Of a stretch of 9,081 nt of DNA, positions 1 through 8,498 are shown piece by piece. The position numbers and the translations under genes are program-made. The notes beneath the pieces were generated by a model. That model worked only from the letters and a program-made list of their open reading frames with translations. It searched no databases and had not been told where the DNA came from. This stretch comes from Azolla caroliniana (Eukaryota; Plantae; Polypodiophyta): the NCBI GenBank assembly GCA_043228905.1, contig JBHGNT010001391.1:1-9081 (forward strand), given 5' to 3'. Position 1 is the stretch's first letter. Every line of letters begins with the position of its first letter.

Positions 1-682
1 CATGGGGAAGTTGAATGTATACTAGCCATATGATTACCTCATTTGGTAAGGTTTATTGGGTGACGTGTTGAACTAAAATGCGTGAATCGCGTACACACAA
101 TGCTACTTATTGTTTTGGATAAATACCAATTGTATTACTTGCTTGATTGCCTAACGCTACTAAAGAATTGGCACCATACATATCCAACAAAGGCCGTCCT
201 ATATTCATCCTTTTATATCCAGGTAATTTGCTCCTTTCCTACCTTATATATGCCTTCAAGATACAAATAAATGTGATAATGCAAAAGTAGTGATGCAATC
301 TTATTACATGCATAATTCAAGTTCTATCGTAAGAATGTTTTGATGGGATACGTTGAAGTTTGGGTAACTACGTTTCAATTGGCAATATTCTAAAATAGTT
401 TTATTCTTTAAAACCTTTGGTTCAAGCTCTTGTGTGCGACTTCTGGGATCAAGAATCAAGCTTGTATTTGTTGGCTTTTGAACTATAACCTTGTAAGTAC
501 AACTTTTGTCCTAATACACATGTATTTATTTCCTGATGACACTTGAACATTTGTTGGTGATCAGTTGATGACCTAATGGAATAGAGTTCAAGTGTTAACT
601 ATGATGATAATATGGTAATCAACTCGACAATATGCACAACCATACTCAAGGAGATTATGATGTCAAAGATAGATTAATTATG

Positions 683-984
683 AAAATGCCCTTTTATTGT
701 GAGGTGTGTTACAACTGTTACTTAGGCGTAATAAGCAATCGACCTATAAGAACTAGTTTCCATTTGTTTGCGATTAGTAAGAAGATGAATTAGTTCAACC
801 TTAATTAGTGACGTCCATGAGCAAATTAGCAAATTTGCAAATTTGCATTAGATCTAACGAGGGGAAGGACTCACTAATTAGGTTCAAGCCGTCAATGTAA
901 AGAGATTAAGAAAGAGAGAATAGAATTGATGGTTAAGACTAATGAATAGCTCATTAAGCCTAATCAAAATGGAGAGGGTATTTT
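683..984. mobile_element. Degenerate foldback / long inverted-repeat element (possible Mutator-like or MITE relic)
   Basis: Three nested inverted-repeat pairs share an axis at ~834-843: 683-692/975-984 (9/10), 722-739/946-963 (15/18) and 797-816/867-884 (18 bp, 2 bulges). A perfect 18-nt palindrome GCAAATTTGCAAATTTGC lies at 829-846. Termini and TSD were not identified, so the TE class is inference. Confidence 0.4.
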
Positions 985-1166
985 GGTAGTTTCCGAAAGT
1001 TAGGTGCATTATCGTTTTAATTTACATTGTGACAGCACAGGGGCATACAGTGTAAATATGTAAAATTGGGAGGGGACGAGCTATTCGTAGAAACATTTGA
1101 GCTACGAGGAAAACCATATCTCCTCTGGGAGCAAGTTTCTTGATTTTGCTTTCAATATCACAGAGA

Positions 1167-1175
1167 AAACCCTAA
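1167..1175 (+). promoter_or_regulatory. Telo-box (AAACCCTAA)
   Basis: Exact plant telo-box about 55 nt upstream of the PPR ATG, a typical position near the TSS or in the 5' UTR. The motif is short and function is not shown. Confidence 0.4.
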
Positions 1176-1188
1176 ATCTTCACCCTCG

Positions 1189-1229
1189 ATGGTGTTGATG
1201 ATGATTGTGAGGGGCCTCCAATGATATAA
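1189..1229 (+). promoter_or_regulatory. Candidate uORFs upstream of the PPR gene
   Basis: ATG1189..TGA1224 encodes MVLMMIVRGLQ*. ATG-ATA-TAA at 1221-1229 has a stop that overlaps the main ATG (TAATG). Relevant only if transcription starts upstream of them. Confidence 0.3.
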
Positions 1230-3223
1230 TGGCGACAGTGATGATGGGATGCCACCATCTTCATTTTCATGATAGAATTGCGCTTTTGGATTCCATAAAG
1301 TCCTGTGGGAAAGAGAAGAACTTCCGGATGGCGAGAAGAATACATTCTGATATCATCGAGAGGGATTTGATTGCCAAAGATGTGTATATTGCGACTGCCC
1401 TGATCACAATGTATGCAAGATGTGGTGTGATCGAGAAAGCTCGAGAAGTATTTGATCAGATTCCTGTGCGAAATGTTGTATCCTGGAATGCGATTATTTC
1501 GGCATATGCCCGAAATGGGTTTGGCCATGAAGCTTTGAACTGCTTTGTATCGATGCAAAATGTGGGAATATGTCCGAATCCAGTAAGTTATGCATGTGTT
1601 TTGAAAGCTTGTGGCATCCTTGGGTCTCTGAAGATTGGAGAAGATATCGATGCTGAGGTGAGAAAACAAGGTCTATTACAAAAAGATGTCGTGCTCAGCA
1701 CTGCACTAATGGACATGTATGCCAAATGTGGTGCTCTGGTGAAAGCACGAGATGTGTTTGAGCAACTGCCGGTGCAGAATGTTGTTTCTTGGAATGCCCT
1801 CATTACTGGATATGCCCATCATGGGCTTTGTAAGGAAGCATTGGAATGCTTCAAACAAATGAAAGATGCGGGAGTTTGTCCTGATGTGGTCACTTATGTG
1901 TGTGTTTTGAAAGCATCTGGCTTTGTTGGGTCTATAGAGTTTGGGGAAAATATATATGTTGAGGTTAGAAAGCAAGGATTATTGGAGAAAAGCGTAACTC
2001 TCTGCAATGCATTGATGGACATGTATTTCAAGTGTGGGGTGTTAGAGAAAGCACGGGAAGTGTTTGAGCAATTTTCTGTTCCGGATGTTGTTTCTTGGAA
2101 TATATTAATTGGTGGATATGCCCAACATGGGCTCTCTGAAGAAGCAATAAACTGCTTTAGATGGATGCAACATGCAGGAGTCTGTCCAAATGTGGTAACA
2201 TATGTAGGTGTCATAAAAGCTTGTGGCATTATTGGGTCTTTAGAGATTGGAGAAGATATACATGCTGAGGTTAGAAACAGAGGTTTATTGCACAAAGATG
2301 TCATACTTGATAATGCCCTGGTGGACATGTATGCCAAATGTGGTGCACTGGAGAAAGCGCGACATGTGTTTGAACAACTTCCCATGAAGAATGTTGTGAC
2401 TTGGAGTGCCCTTATTGGTGGATATGCCCACCATGGGCATGGTGATGAGGCATTGAAATTATTCCGGCAAATGCAAGATGTGGGAGTTTGTCCAAACTCC
2501 ATTACATATGTTAGTATTTTGAAAGCTTGTGGCATTGTGGGTTCGTTAGAGATAGGGGAAATTATAGAAGAAGAGGTTAGAAATCAAGGGTTGTTGGAGA
2601 AAGAGGTTGCGCTTGGGAATGCGTTGATGGACATGTATTCCAAATGTGGTGCATTAGAGAAAGCACGAAAAGTATTTGAACAACTTCCTGTGAAGAGTGT
2701 TGTCTCATGGAGTGCATTGATTGAGGGATATGCCCAATTAGGTGAGGCTAACGTGGCTTTGAACATGTATGAAAGAATGAAGGCTGAGAATTTTGTGCCA
2801 AATTTGGTCACCTTCACTGTTTTGTTAACTGCATGTAGTCATGCGGGTTTAGTTGAGGAAGGACAAAAGTTGTTTGACGAGATGCGCATCGATTATCATC
2901 TCACACCAACATTGGAACACTATTCATGTATGATTGATCTATTTGGCCGAGCTGGACACTTCGACAAGGCAAAATCCTTTCTTAACAAGGTGTCACATTT
3001 GGATGATGATCTTCCCTTACTATTGACTCTAATGGGTGCTTGTAGGAAATGGAGGAATGTGAAGGTTGGGAAATGGGCATTTGAACATTTGGTGCGATTG
3101 GATGAAACTTGTTCTGCCGCATATGTGTGCATGGAAAATATATATGCATCAGCTGGAATGCAAGTGGAAGCATGTGAAATTGAGTTTTTGAGAGCAAAGA
3201 ATAACGCATGGAACACAGAATGA
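1229..3223 (+). CDS. PLS-class pentatricopeptide repeat protein, E subgroup (L-S-(P-L-S)x4-P2-L2-S2-E1-E2, no DYW); probable organellar RNA-editing site-recognition factor
   Basis: Intronless 664-aa ORF with S motifs (ALMDMYAKCGALEKAREVFEQLP), P motifs (VVSWNALIxGYAxHG), L motifs (VTYVCVLKACG), L2 (TFTVLLTACSHAGLVEEG), S2 (EHYSCMIDLFGRAG), E1 (LMGACRKWRNVKVG) and E2 (AAYVCMENIYASAG). Period is 102 aa / 306 bp. In-frame stop upstream at 1208-1210. No HxE/CxxC deaminase motif. Confidence 0.96.
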   Translation: MATVMMGCHHLHFHDRIALLDSIKSCGKEKNFRMARRIHSDIIERDLIAKDVYIATALITMYARCGVIEKAREVFDQIPVRNVVSWNAIISAYARNGFGHEALNCFVSMQNVGICPNPVSYACVLKACGILGSLKIGEDIDAEVRKQGLLQKDVVLSTALMDMYAKCGALVKARDVFEQLPVQNVVSWNALITGYAHHGLCKEALECFKQMKDAGVCPDVVTYVCVLKASGFVGSIEFGENIYVEVRKQGLLEKSVTLCNALMDMYFKCGVLEKAREVFEQFSVPDVVSWNILIGGYAQHGLSEEAINCFRWMQHAGVCPNVVTYVGVIKACGIIGSLEIGEDIHAEVRNRGLLHKDVILDNALVDMYAKCGALEKARHVFEQLPMKNVVTWSALIGGYAHHGHGDEALKLFRQMQDVGVCPNSITYVSILKACGIVGSLEIGEIIEEEVRNQGLLEKEVALGNALMDMYSKCGALEKARKVFEQLPVKSVVSWSALIEGYAQLGEANVALNMYERMKAENFVPNLVTFTVLLTACSHAGLVEEGQKLFDEMRIDYHLTPTLEHYSCMIDLFGRAGHFDKAKSFLNKVSHLDDDLPLLLTLMGACRKWRNVKVGKWAFEHLVRLDETCSAAYVCMENIYASAGMQVEACEIEFLRAKNNAWNTE

Positions 3224-3499
3224 GAAATATGTACATTCTTTAATGAGTTGTCTTATACAATGACAATATCTTCTACAGGTATTGCTGCATAATTCCTCAA
3301 CTCCACATTGCCATGAATCAATGACCTGAAAACCTTATATTATGGATAAGTACTAACTATGTTATGATGCACACATCATATATGGAATAATTTGTTTACT
3401 CATTACCCAAAAACCGAATCAACATGTTATAAGTAAATATCAACTCAGTTATAGTCAGACATCGTATTATCAAAATAGGAAATTGAGGGCTGTATGATG

Positions 3500-4175
3500 T
3501 GGTTGTGAAGGCTTGTGGTTGGCAATACGTTGTCAACATGTTTTCCAAACATGCTGAACTGGAGAAAGAACAAGGAAATATTTTATTAGTTTCCGATGCA
3601 AAATTATGGTTTCTTCCAGGAGCAGTATGATTGTTAGATATGCCCGGTTGTGGTAGGTGAAAACAACATTTTGGAAGTTCCGATGCAAAATTATGGTTTC
3701 TTCCAGGAGCAGTATGATTGTTAGATATGCCCGGTTGTGGTAGGTGAAAACAACATTTTGGAAGTTCCAATGCAAAATTATGGTTTCTTCCAGGAGCAGT
3801 ATGATTGTTAGATATGCCCGGTTGTGGTAGCTGAAAACAACATTTTGGAAGTTCATGGAATATGCCAATGCTAAGGTAAGAAAGAATCTTGATGGACATT
3901 ACAATAGAGATACTAGGACAAACCCCACAAACAAGCTATGCGCAAATTGGGAGTACAATTATTACCCTTGTCCTTGGTTTGCTACAAAATCCCTGATTAT
4001 TAAGAGAAGACAGCAGTTTGCTGTATATCCCTCGCGGCAAAAACTCATGATGTTGTGGTTGGCAATACATTGATGGAAGATGTTTGGGATGATAGAAGAA
4101 GTAACCATTGATAAGATGACCAAGTAGACGTCGTGAAATTTGCACAACTCTACAAATTTCAGGATATCTGCACTC
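3500..4175 (+). pseudogene. Decayed PLS-type PPR gene fragment
   Basis: Frameshifted PPR pieces in the expected order: VKACG (3505-3519), VVGNTL (3515-3532), VNMFSKHAELEKEQ (3532-3573), EIFY*FPMQN (3575-3604), MVSSRSSMIVRYARL (3606-3650). A second set follows: HDVVVGNTLME (4046-4078), FGMIEE..DKMTK* (4083-4127), DVV (4127-4135), ISGY (4156-4167). The 16-mer TTGTGGTTGGCAATAC occurs at 3513 and 4053. Confidence 0.72.
3591..3854. repeat. Tandem repeat, 87 bp x 3
   Basis: Copies start at 3591, 3678 and 3765 (TTCCGATGCAAAATTATGG...CATTTTGGAAG). Copies 1 and 2 are identical; copy 3 differs at 3769 and 3831. Confidence 0.97.
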
Positions 4176-4848
4176 CCAATATGGGATATATATAGAAAGT
4201 ATGATATTCGTTGGACCATGAAAAAAACTGTACAATGTCTATACATGTATGAATATATTTGAAGAGTATTATTCGAGAAGACAAGTCTTTCTGTATTCAC
4301 CTTGGTGCCTATTTTTAACACATTTTCTCAACTATAAAATTCAAGGTTCATTTAGAAAGATAGTAACATTAACACTTACCTACCAAAACACATTGTTGAT
4401 CAGACCACTTTCTATTTACAGCTCATTAGTCCTAAATCAAAGGTGTCTTACATCTGACATTGGTAATTTAATACATTTATGGCTGATCATCAAATGCCAT
4501 GGATACTACTCAATCAAATTTGACATATTATTCATCATTTTCTTCTTTTTGATGATTTTAAGTGATGAGAAGAAACAATGAATGTAGCAAAAATATATTT
4601 TCTTATATATTGTTACTTGTAATACATGCACTAACACTACTTTTTGTTCACCAGAAGACTCAAATTTCACAAAAACTCTCCATTAATTTGACTTTTACAT
4701 AGTTTATTTAAATATTTATTTGACAAATGAATTGTAGATAAACAAAAACCACCATTAGGAGGCAATTGAAGTTCTTCCAACTCTTGATTACACTGTTTGT
4801 TACATGCAGAAACAATCTGAGTAAAATTCTCACTAAGGCCGAGTGATG

Positions 4849-4874
4849 TTAGCAACACGAACTTGTATTGGTTT
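4849..4874 (-). CDS. Uncharacterised membrane protein, predicted terminal coding exon 3
   Basis: Acceptor TTTTCCTTCCATACAG|AA (89-nt intron 4963-4875). Reads ETNTSSCC*, with TAA at 4851-4849. The spliced product would be 376 aa. Confidence 0.5.
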
Positions 4875-4963
4875 CTGTATGGAAGGAAAACATTATCCAT
4901 GCAGTACATTGAGCTAAATAATATTGATTTGAGTGACCATTTAAATGAATTGAAAAAACTTAC

Positions 4964-5006
4964 CAGCTTTCATATTAGATTGAAATGTTTGTTTTAAGGG
5001 AACAAC
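4964..5006 (-). CDS. Uncharacterised membrane protein, predicted coding exon 2
   Basis: Acceptor TTTTTATAG|GTT (131-nt intron 5137-5007) and consensus donor CTG|GTAAGT at 4963. The 43 nt are open in the expected phase (VVPLKQTFQSNMKA). Confidence 0.6.
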
Positions 5007-5137
5007 CTATAAAAATTAATAAAGAACGATCTTGTATATGGGATCTGGAATCCTGTTGTAGTCATATTTTTCTTTGAGTAGATGAAGCATAAGAGGAAGG
5101 TAAATGTGCATAAGAATATGAGAATATCTATCCTCAC

Positions 5138-6199
5138 ATGGACCCGTCCAAACAGTGTCTGCCATTTCAATTTTTTTATCAAAACATTTGTCTCGCTATG
5201 GCGAGTTAATTTATCAGCTTTGACAACAGGGGAGCTTATAATCTCATCTAAAGAAACTTGAGCACAATCCTTGAAGGATGTGGAAGGTTCATCCAGATGC
5301 GTGATAAGCATGGAGGGGCCAAGCATACACATGTTTCTTTCGACCAAGGGGGACGGAATTCGTGCCGAAGAAACTATGGCATGTTTCAAAGGTTGATCGA
5401 TGATGTGTGAGGCTTGATGGAACGAGCTCATGGAGTCCTCGACTTGATCTCTAGCGAGGCAGGGTTCGGACAAAAAGAAGGAATGTTTAATGGTGTCTGG
5501 GAGACGGGGGTGCATAAGGCTCGAGAAGAGCGGGAGAGGAGCCAATCGGTCGATCGATTCCATCTGTTCAAGTATCGAGAAGTAGTGCGAAGAGCCATTT
5601 TGGACATCAAAACACTCCACTGAGTGTCGGGTGGGATGGTCATTATGATGATACCCTGCATGGTCATCCAAAACATGTGTGGTACTATCCTGGAATCTGT
5701 TGGGTCCTTCGGCCAGTTCATGGAGGGGAAGAGGGGTCTTGGCTCTAGGGGTAGAACTTACGAAGTCGGTCGATTTGTCAGTGTCGGTAGATTTAGTGTA
5801 ATTCTGGAGGGTTGTAACAGCACTAGGATTGCTATCACTGGCAGTAGTATTCCTCGAGGGTCTCTTAGATTTAGAGGATGATGATAAAGAGGAGAACATG
5901 AAGAAGCCAGAGATGGCTAAGATTGTAGCAACCCCAATTGGGACAGCATATTTCTTCACTAAACCTTCAATTAAGGCACAATTAATCCCTTCTTTCATGA
6001 TGGATTCATCAATTCTACTACTAGTATCTGATGATGGTGGTGCCTGTGACGATGACGATGACAATGATGGTGATTGTGATGATCCTTCAATCAATGAGTG
6101 GTTAGCATTACTAGTATAATGATTATGATCAGAGGTTCTTGTTAATATGGGGTCCATTATCTTATTCAGATTGTTGGGTGCTCTCGACATTCCATCCAT
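5138..6199 (-). CDS. Uncharacterised Ser-rich single-pass membrane protein, coding exon 1
   Basis: Long ORF; the first true ATG is at 6199 (the track start 6211 is GTG). Hydrophobic segment YAVPIGVATILAISGFFMFSSL (~5950-5885) is flanked by basic residues. Donor CAT|GTGAGG at 5137 is followed by an AT-rich shift. No family recognised. Confidence 0.75.
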
Positions 6200-6541
6200 G
6201 GATGGCCACACGGAGGGCCAATTCTGGGCTCTTTTGGCTTTTCTTTTCGATCGTTCTTTCTGTGAAAGTCTCTGGAGATGAGTTTTTGATTGTAGAATCT
6301 GTGGGTTTTGGCAAGTGGGTCGCTTGCCACCATCCGCAAAACAGAGAAATAAGAAGAAAGAAAAAGCTCAAATACCCTGCTGCTGCTTGTGCTTTTTCTC
6401 TTGGCGTTTCTGTTTTGCTTTTCTGGCCTCTTTTGCTTTTTTGAGAGAGAAGATTTGGTGAGACGCACAAGACCTTTTTCCAACCGTCAACCGTCATATG
6501 ATTAAAAAGTAAAGGTCATAAATTACGCAAATTTGGCCACT

Positions 6542-6700
6542 AATTATAGTGTGAATCTAATATTAATAGCATTAAGGCTAAGGCAGGGTGAAAGCAATTA
6601 TAATGTGAATCTAATGAATAGCATTAAGGCCAAGGCAGGGAAAAAGCAATTATAATGTGAATCTAATTACTAGCATTAAGGCTAAGGCAGGGGAAAGCAA
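6542..6700. repeat. Tandem repeat, ~52 bp x 3 (54, 52, 51 bp)
   Basis: Copies start at 6542, 6596 and 6648. Consensus is AATTATAATGTGAATCTAAT..ATAGCATTAAGGCTAAGGCAGGG..AAAGC, with a few substitutions and indels. Confidence 0.95.
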
Positions 6701-7914
6701 ATGCAGCCCGCGAACTCCCGAGTGCAACCCGAGTTTCGTTTATTCTTCAGGAACTTCATTGGCCAAAACACACCAAAACTATTGCTTGCTTAATCATGCA
6801 TTTCATGTGTTCTAACTTGCACCCATCTTGCAAGTAATGGTACATGTGAAAAGCAATAATGATTATCTAAATCACTGTTTTAACTGAGATGATAGTTTCC
6901 ACATTTCAAAGGTCAGCAAATGATTTATTGAACTTGGGAACTTGTTGAAAGTACTTGCTGAACTTTAAACACCTCACCATTCAAAGCTATTTGCATGTAA
7001 CATTTGCAAGACAGATTCAACAAGCAACATAGATTCAAAGGAAATATTTGTAATTTACTCACTGAAAACCAAATGCATTTTACTTGTGCTAATAGGCAAG
7101 CTTTGACGTCACCAAAAACTTTGGCTAAATATTGACGCGACATAATTCATAAGCCTGCTTAAAGGTTGGTCTCTATCCACGAGCATGTTAATGATTGGTT
7201 TGTAGAAGGTAAGGGGCAAGAAGGCAAAAGACTCAAGAGTCAACACAATATTAGGTAAATTTACATTGCATTGGATACGTTAATATGAAACCAAATAATG
7301 TGACCAAGTTATCTCGTTAAGAGATCTTGTGGATGGATCCTCTATGAGTGATGCATCTTTCAAGAAACACAATGTTAGAAAAGAATTCAATACAGTTTCA
7401 AGACAGCCATAAATGTCCGACCACATTTGATGCTTCTATTTACAAGAGGACTAAGCTTAATCATCAACTTTTCCTAAATTACAATATCTGGCCGTTGTTC
7501 CTACATAACAGTCACGTCATCCGTTCATAATGTGCATTCTATGAATTGCATCAAAGAACACTTCATGCACATCATCAATTACGCACAAAAAAAGCAAAAT
7601 AGAACTTTGCCATACACACAAATTTGATGAGGAAATATACTCTATAGCAATGGGTAATGATACAGCTTTATATCTTTTTGGATGGTGAAGATTTCATGGA
7701 AATTTTGAAAACAAGGAAAAATATCTATACAAATTTTGATATGACTCAACTGAGGACATTTATAGCTTTCTGTGCTGGATGAGTGAGAGACTAGGTAAGT
7801 AACTAAAACATCATCCCCCATTGGATCAATTAGAGAGATAATGTTAGAACTACAGGCATCTCTTCCAAAAACAAAAATAAAAACAAATGAGCAAAAAACA
7901 TGATGGATTCTCTT

Positions 7915-8217
7915 TTAAGATTTTTCATTGTTAACATCCTTGCTAGTAGCACGAAAAAGACCCAATCCCCATCGTTGACCAAATGCTTCTAAGGTTCCAA
8001 TGTTTTGTGTTTCAGCTTTTGTTGTCGCTACTGTTGATGACGATTGTGGTACAGAACTTTGAGGGATATTGGCATCCTTATTTTGAGTTGAATGAAAAGC
8101 TTCTTTTGGTAAATGAGACACTGGTAGAGGCACCTTATCATTTTCTACATTCTCATGTTCTCCACTAGGTTGAGGGTCACTGATTTGAAGTGACATAGCT
8201 ATTGCTTCCATGAGCAT
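7915..8217 (-). CDS. Alpha/beta-hydrolase family protein (At4g14290/At3g23540-like), terminal coding exon
   Basis: Acceptor TGTGTAG|ATG. MLMEAIAMSL and the C-terminal EAFGQRWGLGLFR resemble the family tail motifs as I recall them (MLMEAVxxSL, RRWDLNFF). Stop TAA at 7917-7915. The catalytic domain is outside the window. Confidence 0.85.
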   Translation of the reverse strand: MLMEAIAMSLQISDPQPSGEHENVENDKVPLPVSHLPKEAFHSTQNKDANIPQSSVPQSSSTVATTKAETQNIGTLEAFGQRWGLGLFRATSKDVNNEKS

Positions 8218-8498
8218 CTACACACACATTTGTTACAATATCAAATGATAACTCTAAAAGAAGTGTGAAAGTGTGTAGAAACAACACATTAGTTCCTAGA
8301 GGCCATAATGGGTCATCATTAGTCCAGATTGACACAAAAACAAGCCAAAGAATATTTCCCATTTAACAAGATTCCAGTATAAATTTTAAAATATGATTTT
8401 TATCACTTCTTCCCATATGATCTGTTTGAATTCCTTCAATACCTTATTATAGAAATACTCACAATAAAAAGAAGAAACAAGAACAGCACACTATTTAC

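Noticed and set aside
150-265. - strand QITWI*KDEYRTAF, reminiscent of Ty3/gypsy RT 'DxxKTAF'
   Set aside because: Too short, contains stops, and lacks the flanking MPFG/YxDD motifs; could be chance.
1172-3236. Several - strand ORFs (up to 213 aa) antisense to the PPR gene
   Set aside because: Shadow ORFs that mirror the 306-bp PPR periodicity, with no independent protein features.
3224-3500. DYW or DYW:KP deaminase domain after the PPR stop
   Set aside because: No HxE(K)/CxxC or DYW-type terminus seen; only a short possible E+ scar.
3591-3854. CRISPR-like array (also considered for 6542-6700)
   Set aside because: Head-to-tail units with no unique spacers, no cas genes, and a eukaryotic context.
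3396-3899. - strand ORFs of 167 aa and 111 aa with 29-aa repeats
   Set aside because: Their length comes from the 87-bp (29-codon) triplication. The PPR homology lies on the + strand and there is no evidence of coding function.
4200-4840. ORFs 4249-4581 and 4667-4909
   Set aside because: AT-rich intergenic or 3' UTR composition, with no motifs or splice support.
4994-6211. 405-aa single-exon model from the ORF track
   Set aside because: It starts at GTG and runs through a canonical GT-AG intron, so the spliced model from ATG 6199 is preferred.
5414-6497. Short + strand ORFs over the unknown gene, and 105-111 aa - strand ORFs upstream of it
   Set aside because: Antisense shadows or low-complexity leader sequence, not in frame with the main ORF.
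6900-7900. Short ORFs between the unknown gene and the hydrolase stop
   Set aside because: At most 72 aa with no recognisable features; consistent with 3' UTR or intergenic DNA.
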